Assembly (NCBI RefSeq): GCF_000015945.1
Contig: NC_009033.1
Coordinates: 900,001 to 932,000 of the forward strand
Direction: 5' to 3'
DNA length: 32,000 bases
Origin: Staphylothermus marinus F1
Lineage (GTDB): Archaea > Thermoproteota > Thermoprotei_A > Sulfolobales > Desulfurococcaceae
Made by a program: the position numbers and the translations under genes. Below the pieces are notes generated by a model that was not told the DNA's origin, did not search any database, and saw only the letters and a program-made list of their open reading frames with translations. Positions 16,849 to 25,089 of this stretch are shown here, one piece after another (positions within the stretch are counted from its first letter, which is position 1; the number at the start of each line of letters is the position of its first letter).

Positions 16849-18807
16849 TTATCTACGAGCAGTTAAATGTATAGAATCCAGTAAATGTGGTGTATAAACC
16901 ATCGTATTGGCTCCATAACCAGTACTCGGATTTCTTATAATCTTTGATACCAATCGAGCAAGAGTCATAATCGCCGAGGGTTCTCCATGGTTAAGTATAA
17001 TATTTCTAGGCTTTGGAGAAATGTTTCTTACATATCTTAACAGCTCGCTTTGATCACTGTGACCACTGAAACCATCTATGCTGTAGACTTCGAGATTAAT
17101 CCTTATAATCTCGACTTTATTATCAACAACTGTTTGAAGCTCTCTCATACCATCTTTAATTCTCCTACCAAGAGTCCCCTCGGCTTGGTAACCTACAAAT
17201 ACAAGGCTGTTCCTTGGATCGCTTGCTATGAGCTTTAAATATTCTACTGCAGGTCCCCCGGTTAACATGCCGCTTGTAGCTAGTATTATTGATGGCTTTG
17301 TTTCAACAATATCTGGCCTAGCAGTTCCACTCTCTATTATGTGGAAATAATCTGCTGTAAAGGGGTTTTCTCCTCTATAAATCATTTCCTTAATGTTTCT
17401 ATTCAAATACTCCGGGTACTGTGTATGAATAGCTGTTACCTCATTAACTAATCCCTCAATAAATACATCAACTTTTGGTATCAGACCCTTACTGATAGCA
17501 TCGTTTAGTACAAGCATTATTTCTTGTCCACGCCCAACAGCAAATACTGGAATCAAAACAATTCCTTTTCTCTCAATAGTTTTCTTAACAATTCTTATAA
17601 GTTCAGCCTCCGCCTCCCTCCTACTTTGCTGACGTGTAGCACCATAAGTTGATTCCATAATTAAGGTCTCAACTCTTGGAAACTTATCCTCTGCTCTATT
17701 AAGAAGCCTTGTGGGAGCATATTTGAAGTCTCCAGTATATACTATATTATGAAGACCCATACCTATGTGTAGATGAACTATGGCTGAACCCAGGATGTGT
17801 CCAGCATTATACATGGTAACCTTGATGTCTGGAGCAACATCTGTTACATCACCATACTCAAGAGGTATTGTGTGAAGTATAGTAGTCATTAAGTCTTTCT
17901 CACTATATGGTAAATACTTGCCTTCACGCTGTGTAACTTCTATTAAATCCTTAATCATTATCACCATTAATTCCCTGGTAGGCTTAGTAACATATAGTGG
18001 TCCACGATACCCGTATTTGTAGAGAAGGGGAACTAGTCCTATATGGTCTAAATGAGCATGAGTAACAATAACAGCGTCTAGTTCGGATAAGTTTAATTGG
18101 TCAATATCAATGAATGGATAAGCTCTATCATAATCTGTACCTGCACCAACATTAATTCCTAGATCAAGTAATACCCTGCTTTCACGAGTCTCCACAAGTA
18201 TAGCTGATCGACCAACCTCCATAAATCCGCCGAGAGCCGTTATACGTACATAGTTGTTCTTAAAAATAACATCCCTATGTATTCTCTCCCCAAGTTTTCG
18301 GAGAAACCTAAGCCTATAATCGCTCTCCTTTAATAAATTAGACATTATTACTTTCAACACTTTTGATTCAAGCGGGGAAGCTCTCTGAGGCTCAGGTCTC
18401 CACCCAGTTTCTGCTAATATGTAGTGTCTAATATATGATCCTCTACCAACTATTAAACCAGGTTTTTCAGCTTTAATCCATACTTCTCCCCTCGTATGAT
18501 CAAACACTATACCATTAGGATCAACACCAGCATCCTTCGGCACAATCTCCAAGATTTTTTCTTTAGCTTTTTCAGGAGGCAATCTGACATCTGGATCAGC
18601 TCTTATAACAACTCTTTTCCTCACTTTCTTAGCTATATTCTTGACCAAGTCTAGATACTTAGCTATGGCTTTCCTATTCCTAACATACAATACTATCTCC
18701 GGACCTTCAAACTCTATGTTTGTCAAGACCAAATCCGGAGGTATCTCTCGCAGTATTCTCTTCAATAGTTCTGCTCTGCCACGATCAAGCATGATCTTTT
18801 TCAACAA
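16849..18807 (-). CDS. aCPSF1-type beta-CASP ribonuclease with N-terminal KH domains
   Basis: 652 aa. The N-terminal region of about 180 aa is KH-like (IVGRGSYIRHYILAETGW). The metallo-beta-lactamase motif is VTHAHLDHIG. The beta-CASP region includes ESTYG and FSGHSDQSELL. Confidence 0.9.
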   Translation of the reverse strand: MLKKIMLDRGRAELLKRILREIPPDLVLTNIEFEGPEIVLYVRNRKAIAKYLDLVKNIAKKVRKRVVIRADPDVRLPPEKAKEKILEIVPKDAGVDPNGIVFDHTRGEVWIKAEKPGLIVGRGSYIRHYILAETGWRPEPQRASPLESKVLKVIMSNLLKESDYRLRFLRKLGERIHRDVIFKNNYVRITALGGFMEVGRSAILVETRESRVLLDLGINVGAGTDYDRAYPFIDIDQLNLSELDAVIVTHAHLDHIGLVPLLYKYGYRGPLYVTKPTRELMVIMIKDLIEVTQREGKYLPYSEKDLMTTILHTIPLEYGDVTDVAPDIKVTMYNAGHILGSAIVHLHIGMGLHNIVYTGDFKYAPTRLLNRAEDKFPRVETLIMESTYGATRQQSRREAEAELIRIVKKTIERKGIVLIPVFAVGRGQEIMLVLNDAISKGLIPKVDVFIEGLVNEVTAIHTQYPEYLNRNIKEMIYRGENPFTADYFHIIESGTARPDIVETKPSIILATSGMLTGGPAVEYLKLIASDPRNSLVFVGYQAEGTLGRRIKDGMRELQTVVDNKVEIIRINLEVYSIDGFSGHSDQSELLRYVRNISPKPRNIILNHGEPSAIMTLARLVSKIIRNPSTGYGANTMVYTPHLLDSIHLTARR

Positions 18808-19085
18808 CTAGAACACCACACTGTAATGTTTTGACAAGATCAACTTTGCACACAGTCTAGTATGTGGACAAAGATGAACCCATAAACCAAGAACTAAAAC
18901 AACTTATTATTCCAAATTATGTCTCAATCGATACATAAATATTATTATCCTTATATAGATTACTCTTCCCAAACTCATCGATCCTCATTACTAAACAAAA
19001 CTGAAATATTTGAAGCTAAAATAGGTGAAGAGCCCAAACTTGACTGTTAGTAATGAATAAAATAAAATTTTATACGTATTAGTTT

Positions 19086-19718
19086 CTATTTTGCTATAAT
19101 TGATCGTTTGAATAGTTTTGTTTCCTCAACGTATGTGTTTGGACCAATAACAACTATATCAACGCCTTCACCGCTAAATCCGTCTCTCTTAGTAGCTGCT
19201 GATACTGCTTTGAACGCTAATTCTTTGGCTTCATCTAAGCTTAGATCACTCCTATATTCTTCTTCGAGAACACCGAATGCTGTTGGAGAACCACTACCGG
19301 TAGCCATATATTTTTCTTCGCTCAAACTACCGAATAGATCTATATAGAATAAATGTGGTCCATTATCATCGTATCCGCCCAACAATAACTGGACTATGTA
19401 GGGCGACATTCTCAGATAAGCATTCAATATAATTGATAAATTAGATGCTAATGCTGAAACCTTAATTGGCCTTCCTAGTTCTAGCTTGTATTTCCTCGCA
19501 ATAAACCTAGCTTGCTCAGCAATGATTTCAGCATCAGCTACAAGACCCGAAATAGTCATTGCAATATAGTCGTCTATCCTAATAATTTTCTTCACTCTCT
19601 TATGAGCAACTAGCGAACCCGCAGTAGCTCTCTTATCAGCTGCTAAAACAACATAGTCACCAACGACTATGCCGACAGTTGTTGTTTTAGATACTATTTT
19701 CTTACCGGACAAAACCAT
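19086..19718 (-). CDS. psmB: proteasome subunit beta (paralogue 2)
   Basis: The propeptide MVLSGKKIVSK precedes TTTVGIVVGDYVVLAADKR. ATGSGSPTAFG is also present. Confidence 0.9.
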   Translation of the reverse strand: MVLSGKKIVSKTTTVGIVVGDYVVLAADKRATAGSLVAHKRVKKIIRIDDYIAMTISGLVADAEIIAEQARFIARKYKLELGRPIKVSALASNLSIILNAYLRMSPYIVQLLLGGYDDNGPHLFYIDLFGSLSEEKYMATGSGSPTAFGVLEEEYRSDLSLDEAKELAFKAVSAATKRDGFSGEGVDIVVIGPNTYVEETKLFKRSIIAK

Positions 19719-19826
19719 TACCTCACAAACTTATAAGCTATTATGAATGATAACTTATTACCCATTATAAGTATTAACATATTTCTAGGCATTAATAATA
19801 ATAGTTTCTCGTAGGAAGGTGCATAC

Positions 19827-20894
19827 TTGTTGAATAGAAGCATACATGAAATAACATTGCCTCTGAAAGTAATTATTGGATCTAATATTCTCGATAAAAT
19901 ACCGGACTACCTACTTAAAATGAAGCTTACAAATCAATATAAAGCAGGAATAATAACGGGTCCAACAACATATAATGTAGCTGGTAAAATAGTAGAGGAA
20001 GCAATGAAGAATAACGGATACATTGTAGAAGTATGGAAAGCTAGAGATGCTAGGATAGAAACAGCTAATCAAATAGTTGAGGAAACAAAAAAGCATGGTA
20101 TAAAGATCTTTCTAGGAGTGGGAGGAGGTAAATCAATTGACCTAGCAAAATATGCAGCATATAAAAACAATGGATACATGATAAGCGTTCCAACAGCTGC
20201 AAGCCATGATGGAATAGCGTCTCCATTTGCAAGCCTGAAAGGAACAAGTAAACCAACAAGCACGCCAACAACTACACCATACGCTATAATAGCTGATATA
20301 GACATGATCTCGAAGGCGCCGCCAAGACTGATAAGGTCAGGAGTAGGAGACTTATTAGGGAAGCTAACAGCGGTGAAAGATTGGCAACTAGCACATAGAC
20401 TTAAAGGAGAATATTATGGAGAATACGCTGCTCAACTAGCATTATTATCGGCTAAACACGTTATTAGATACCATGAACTGATAGCTAGTGGAAACCCCGA
20501 CGGTATAAGAATAGTTGTTGAAGCACTTATTAGTAGTGGAGTAGCAATGTGCATAGCTGGTTCAAGCCGTCCAGCAAGTGGATCAGAACACTTGTTCAGC
20601 CACGCACTAGACCTACTAGCACCAGGTAAAGCATTACATGGAGAACAAGTAGCGCTAGGAACAATTATGATGCTCTACCTATACGGCGATCCAAAATGGA
20701 AAAAGATCAAGAGGATAATGAAGAAAATAGGATTACCAACTACAGCAGAAGAAATAGGTATTCCAATAGAAACAATCGTGAAAGCATTAACAATTGCACA
20801 TAAGATAAGGCCTAATCGTTACACAATACTTGGAGAAAAAGGATTAACTGAAGAAGCTGCTTGGAGACTTGTCCGAGAAACAGGTATTATATAA
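19827..20894 (+). CDS. egsA: sn-glycerol-1-phosphate dehydrogenase
   Basis: 355 aa of the iron-alcohol/glycerol dehydrogenase fold. GVGGGKSIDLAKYAA, PTAASHDGIASP, GSEHLFSHALD and LHGEQVALGT match the archaeal EgsA pattern. TTG start. Confidence 0.85.
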   Translation: MLNRSIHEITLPLKVIIGSNILDKIPDYLLKMKLTNQYKAGIITGPTTYNVAGKIVEEAMKNNGYIVEVWKARDARIETANQIVEETKKHGIKIFLGVGGGKSIDLAKYAAYKNNGYMISVPTAASHDGIASPFASLKGTSKPTSTPTTTPYAIIADIDMISKAPPRLIRSGVGDLLGKLTAVKDWQLAHRLKGEYYGEYAAQLALLSAKHVIRYHELIASGNPDGIRIVVEALISSGVAMCIAGSSRPASGSEHLFSHALDLLAPGKALHGEQVALGTIMMLYLYGDPKWKKIKRIMKKIGLPTTAEEIGIPIETIVKALTIAHKIRPNRYTILGEKGLTEEAAWRLVRETGII

Positions 20895-20906
20895 AACCTA
20901 GAGTAA

Positions 20907-21710
20907 TTATTGGGATCCCTGCTCACTTGTTTCTTGACTACTTAATTCCTCAACTTTCTCCTTCTCTTCAGCCACCTCTTCCTTCTTCTCTTCCGCAACT
21001 TCCTTTTTCTTCTCCGCCTTCTTAAACTTGAATACTTCTTGGAAAACTACTTCATCAACATCTTCCTTGAAGAACTCATATATGCTTGTTGCCAAGGATA
21101 CCTTAGCATATTGTAGATCTTTCCTCGTAATATACTTTGTCGGAATACTAATTATTACTTTCCTCTCCTCAGACACATAGTTAATCTCTAATTCGTCACC
21201 AGGTATTTGTAGATACCTAACAGCTAACGCTCTAATCTTCTCCACTAAATCTTCAAGCTTACCTACAACTTTAACCTTGTATATTAGTGTTTTACCGGCT
21301 AATGGATGATTAAAATCAACAACTACTCGTCCACCACTGATACTCTTAACAATTCCCTTAACACCGCCAAAATCTATTACATCACCTACTCTAACCTTGA
21401 GGTTCCTCCTCCTAAACTCTCTCATGCTAAAAATCCTAACCTTACTGGGATCTCTTTGTCCAAAAGCTTTCTCCGGAGGAACCTCGATAATTTTTTCCTC
21501 ACCAACATTCATTTCCTTAATAGTATCCTCTACAACCTTATTGATCCAGCCCTTACCGAGAACGATCAATGCTGGTCCATAGATTCTTCCAGACTCATAT
21601 ATGTTCTCCTTCTTAGCTAATGCTTCATCTGTAGTATCAACTACGTTACCAGTTTCTTTTACACGAACCGTATACTCTATTAGTATGAAGTCTCCCTCAT
21701 TAAACCCCAT
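20907..21710 (-). CDS. long-type FKBP peptidyl-prolyl cis-trans isomerase with K/E-rich tail
   Basis: The N-terminal FKBP core includes GDFILIEYTVRVKETGNVVDTT and a flap insert, with FNHPLAGKTLIYKVKV at its end. A C-terminal domain follows, then the low-complexity tail KKAEKKKEVAEEKKEEVAEEKEKVEE. Confidence 0.85.
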   Translation of the reverse strand: MGFNEGDFILIEYTVRVKETGNVVDTTDEALAKKENIYESGRIYGPALIVLGKGWINKVVEDTIKEMNVGEEKIIEVPPEKAFGQRDPSKVRIFSMREFRRRNLKVRVGDVIDFGGVKGIVKSISGGRVVVDFNHPLAGKTLIYKVKVVGKLEDLVEKIRALAVRYLQIPGDELEINYVSEERKVIISIPTKYITRKDLQYAKVSLATSIYEFFKEDVDEVVFQEVFKFKKAEKKKEVAEEKKEEVAEEKEKVEELSSQETSEQGSQ

Positions 21711-21734
21711 CTTTCAACCCCTCTAATACTAAAC

Positions 21735-21860
21735 AGTTTGTGGTTGCCCGTGCTTTATGATGCGCGGGCTTCCCCCTCTTGGGTCGGGTTTTCATTCCTT
21801 CATTGAGGAGGCTATCGGGGCTCCACACAGACCACATAGAGCCCTTCATCTGCATTTCAC
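21735..21860. ncRNA. GC-rich structured element of unknown class (candidate ncRNA or structured leader)
   Basis: By hand count, GC is 62/110 in 21741-21850 and 12/60 in 21911-21970. Three hairpins are visible: GGGCTC(15 nt)GAGCCC at 21818-21844, CCCCCTC/GAGGAGG at 21772-21810, and GCCCGTGC(8 nt)GCGCGGGC at 21746-21769. I found no tRNA, 5S or canonical C/D pattern. G-U evidence for the strand is mixed. Confidence 0.4.
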
Positions 21861-21882
21861 AAACCATTATATTAGTGAGGGG

Positions 21883-21890
21883 TTTATAAA
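21883..21890. promoter_or_regulatory. palindromic TATA-like octamer
   Basis: TTTATAAA is its own reverse complement and lies just outside the GC-rich island. It could drive minus-strand transcription into the island and the FKBP gene, or plus-strand transcription. The orientation is unresolved. Confidence 0.3.
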
Positions 21891-22081
21891 GCAAATCCAA
21901 TAACCACAACTTTCATAATTTCCAAAATAACTTAAGTAAATAGTCTAACTCATTAAATAAGGTCATTAAATCTTATAAAAACATATTGTGGACAACTTAC
22001 TTATAATGTTAAATATTAAATATGATATATTCATCTATAAGGAAAACCTATTGAGCCTATTAAAATAATAGATGAACAGTC

Positions 22082-22390
22082 TTGAAGAGAGATACGACTA
22101 AGCAAATAGTGTTGTTAGTGATTATTATAGGAATAATCATATGCGTGGCAACTATCATTATAAATACTGGGTTACGGCAGAGAATAGAATACTATGAATC
22201 CTCTCAAGGAATATTTGTGCGGGCAATTAATAATTCTGCCGAAAAAGAATATAGGGAATTAATAGAGGAGAGAAACGCTATGTTAATGATAGGATTATTA
22301 GGATTCATAATTAGTATTGGGGGATACGGAATATATAGGGGGATGATATCGAAGGATTATGCGGAGACAATGGAGAATAATGATTCATAA
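22082..22390 (+). CDS. hypothetical small membrane protein
   Basis: 102-aa ORF with a TTG start. Two hydrophobic helices (IVLLVIIIGIIICVATIII and MLMIGLLGFIISIGGYGIY) flank a charged loop. I recognise no family. Confidence 0.4.
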   Translation: MKRDTTKQIVLLVIIIGIIICVATIIINTGLRQRIEYYESSQGIFVRAINNSAEKEYRELIEERNAMLMIGLLGFIISIGGYGIYRGMISKDYAETMENNDS

Positions 22391-22870
22391 TATATTCCAG
22401 AAAATATCTCCTATTCTATGAATATTCTCGACAACTCTACCCCTCTTAATCTTACCAGACACAATATCGTCGGAATCAACCAGAGCTATACCTATAACAA
22501 AGGGTTTACGATACTTCTCCTCTGCAACAACTACTACGTCTCCCTTCCCAAAAACCCCTATTATCTCACGTATACCTGGCGCCATTAAGTCAGCGCCTCT
22601 AAGCAGTGGTTTGACAGCGCCCATATCAACAATTATTATGGGAATTTTTAAGTTAGGGTTTCTGAGAAGGTATTTAAGGTGGGGGATCCATTTATCTTCG
22701 TAAAATATAAATGCTGGCACACCATTTATAACTAGTATTTTAAACTTGTTCTTCTCCTCAAATATTTCGACAACATCATTCTTACCCACACCTATACTAC
22801 CATATCTCTGCTCCAACTCCTCAAGCAACCGTTTACGCTCACGCTTAGATAACACATATCTTCTAGGCAT
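22385..22870 (-). CDS. PUA-domain RNA-binding protein
   Basis: The C-terminal PUA pattern is VDMGAVKPLLRGADLMAPGI, GDVVVVAEEKYRKPFVIGIAL and RGRVVENIHRIGDIFW. The ORF is open to 22906. I prefer the ATG at 22870 (MPRRYVLSKRE). Confidence 0.8.
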   Translation of the reverse strand: MPRRYVLSKRERKRLLEELEQRYGSIGVGKNDVVEIFEEKNKFKILVINGVPAFIFYEDKWIPHLKYLLRNPNLKIPIIIVDMGAVKPLLRGADLMAPGIREIIGVFGKGDVVVVAEEKYRKPFVIGIALVDSDDIVSGKIKRGRVVENIHRIGDIFWNIL

Positions 22871-23034
22871 CGAAGAACACCTCATAAATGAATCTTTTAA
22901 AAGCATAATAAATTATATTAACGACTAGATATGCTTAGATACATAACGAGATATAAAATATAAGCAGATAGGAAACTTAATCAATAAATTATGTAAGCAA
23001 CAATAAAACAAATAGGATTAAAGGGTGTATATGC

Positions 23035-23262
23035 TTGGCTGAAACAGCACATAAGATCTTATTAGAACACCTCGGAGACATAGTCTTAATAAAGCTTAAA
23101 GGAGAACGAGAAGTCCGCGGAAAACTAAAAAGCTATGATCAACACCTGAACATTGTCCTAGACGATGCAGAAGAAATAAAAGAAGATGGTTCAACTAGAA
23201 AACTGGGAACAATCGTTATCAGAGGAGACACAGTAATATTAATCTCACCCATCAAAGACTAA
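23035..23262 (+). CDS. Sm-like archaeal protein (LSm/SmAP)
   Basis: 75 aa. Sm1 [32 protein letters not shown] and Sm2 [13 protein letters not shown]. The TTG start lies 7 nt after GGGTG. It sits immediately upstream of L37e, as is conserved in archaea. Confidence 0.88.
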   Translation: MAETAHKILLEHLGDIVLIKLKGEREVRGKLKSYDQHLNIVLDDAEEIKEDGSTRKLGTIVIRGDTVILISPIKD

Positions 23263-23302
23263 AACAAAATAATACAATAACGCATAGGAGGCGATAACCC
23301 CT

Positions 23303-23491
23303 ATGGGAAAAGGAACACCAAGCATGGGCAAACATGGAAGAAGCAAAACACATATAAGATGTAGAAGATGTGGAAGACACGCATTCAACGTAGCAAAAGG
23401 ATACTGCGCAGCATGCGGATTCGGAAGAAGCAAGAGAATAAGAAGATATAGTTGGCAAAACAAGAAAGTAAACAGAATAAGGATCAGGTAA
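23303..23491 (+). CDS. rpl37e: 50S ribosomal protein L37e
   Basis: [40 protein letters not shown], with a C4 zinc ribbon and basic composition. GGAGG lies upstream. Confidence 0.93.
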   Translation: MGKGTPSMGKHGRSKTHIRCRRCGRHAFNVAKGYCAACGFGRSKRIRRYSWQNKKVNRIRIR

Positions 23492-23505
23492 AACCCTAAT
23501 AGATA

Positions 23506-25035
23506 CTAGATAATCTCCTCTAAAACCCTCCTCACAAACCCCCTAAACCAAGGAGACAATAAATACAAGACTACAAAGTAGATAGCGAGAGAATAACCAG
23601 CCATAATTAATACATAGATATAGTCTCTATATATACTCTTAACCACAATATTCGAATAACCCGTAACAAATCCAAAAATAGAAAAACAAGTCACACCAAT
23701 AATAGAAGCTATCACTTCTCTCCAAGGAACACTATACTGTATCTTCTCAATACTCCTATGATAAAAAATAACTAGCAAGGGAATATAGGCAATTATATAA
23801 GCTATCGGAAACGGTATAAGCAAGAACACTATATTTCTTATTCCTAAAACCACATACATAAACATAAATGCCACTGCTCCTGCCGAAATATATGATATAT
23901 TCGCTAAAAAGACATGAAAAGGATTCTTAAACAAAACAGTCTTCCTTAATTCACTACCAGAAAACCTGAGATCAGCCTTTTCCAGAGCAGTACTAATAGA
24001 CGAGAAAAACCCTGCAAACACATCAATCAACGCAGCAATAGTGTAAAGTATAAGTAGTATCTGAGCATTCAAATATTCTCTCCTAAAAATACTAAGCACT
24101 GTCCGCGAATACGTAATGAACCCCCCACCAACAAGAAACGTTATTATAACTAATATACGGAACACGTCTTCTACATCACTACGACTACCAGATCTTAATA
24201 GTCTTGATGAAAGACTTCTCGCAAAAGATCCCCTTCCAAAAATAAAGCTCCTACTAACATAAGACACACCCAAATAGGCGGAAAACAATGTAGAGCTAGT
24301 AAATAATGTTGTAAAAAGTCTTTCTATAGAAGTTTTTATTTGTTGATTTATCATCTGAATAAACGGAATATATGCATTTTTAAATAAAACCACTATATCC
24401 TCCCTACTGAAAACAGGACGTGGCAATCCAGATAAACGAGCTAAGAAGAACAGAGCTAGCAAATTATCTAATAAGAAAACAATAACTAGAGAAGCTAAAG
24501 CACCAATAACGCCTAATTTTAAAACAACAACAAACATATATGCTGATAATACCCTGAAAGTTTCACCCACCATACTAATGTAGGCAACCAAATAAGGCTT
24601 CTTAGCATAAAGTATGGATTGAAAATAAAGATACAAGCTCTGACCAGTAAATATTAAACCAGCAATAACACCATACAAATATACTTGAAAACTAAGAAAT
24701 AACAATGAATAAATCATCATAAAACCAATAATACTATAAATAATAGTCAATGTAAACGCTGCAAAAGACAACCCATACCTTCCACGAGCATAGAAACGAA
24801 AAGCCCAAAAATTCCACAGAGAATTAACTGGAATAAAAAAACCTATGAAAGCAATGATAAATGTAAACAAACCATACTCTGTAGGTGGAAGCCTGCGAAT
24901 CACAATAATGGAAAACAATAATGACGTAAATGCACGATATATTACATAAGAATAATTAACTAATGAAGAATACCTAACCCTAATAGATCTTATCTCGTCA
25001 TAATCAGTCATAACATTATTATTGTTAAGGCTCAT
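23506..25035 (-). CDS. polytopic membrane protein, probable oligo/polysaccharide flippase (MOP/Wzx-like)
   Basis: 509 aa, hydrophobic throughout with a dozen or more predicted helices. It is the first gene of the glycosyltransferase cluster. The family is assigned from topology and context, not from a motif. Confidence 0.55.
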   Translation of the reverse strand: MSLNNNNVMTDYDEIRSIRVRYSSLVNYSYVIYRAFTSLLFSIIVIRRLPPTEYGLFTFIIAFIGFFIPVNSLWNFWAFRFYARGRYGLSFAAFTLTIIYSIIGFMMIYSLLFLSFQVYLYGVIAGLIFTGQSLYLYFQSILYAKKPYLVAYISMVGETFRVLSAYMFVVVLKLGVIGALASLVIVFLLDNLLALFFLARLSGLPRPVFSREDIVVLFKNAYIPFIQMINQQIKTSIERLFTTLFTSSTLFSAYLGVSYVSRSFIFGRGSFARSLSSRLLRSGSRSDVEDVFRILVIITFLVGGGFITYSRTVLSIFRREYLNAQILLILYTIAALIDVFAGFFSSISTALEKADLRFSGSELRKTVLFKNPFHVFLANISYISAGAVAFMFMYVVLGIRNIVFLLIPFPIAYIIAYIPLLVIFYHRSIEKIQYSVPWREVIASIIGVTCFSIFGFVTGYSNIVVKSIYRDYIYVLIMAGYSLAIYFVVLYLLSPWFRGFVRRVLEEII

Positions 25036-25089
25036 TCTGATATGAAGCCCTCCACAATCAAGTATTTCTAATAATAGATTAACCAGTCC

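Noticed and set aside
18919-19050. A 43-codon plus-strand ORF (MSQSIHKYYYPYIDYSSQ...) in the 278-bp gap between aCPSF1 and psmB paralogue 2.
   Set aside because: It has no SD or TATA support and no recognisable motif, and its orientation opposes both neighbours. It is probably non-coding promoter DNA for aCPSF1.
21735-21860. Whether the GC-rich island is a 5S rRNA, a tRNA or split-tRNA half, or a canonical C/D or H/ACA sRNA.
   Set aside because: Neither strand has a T-loop (TTCRAAT), a 5S loop-C/helix pattern, or correctly spaced RUGAUGA/CUGA boxes. The hairpins lack a pseudouridylation pocket with an ACA at the expected distance. The class is left open.
21700-21909. A 69-aa minus-strand ORF with a TTG start covering the GC-rich island.
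   Set aside because: It has no recognisable motif and an odd composition. It overlaps the FKBP start and coincides exactly with hairpin-forming GC-rich sequence. An RNA element is the more economical reading, though a uORF is not formally excluded.
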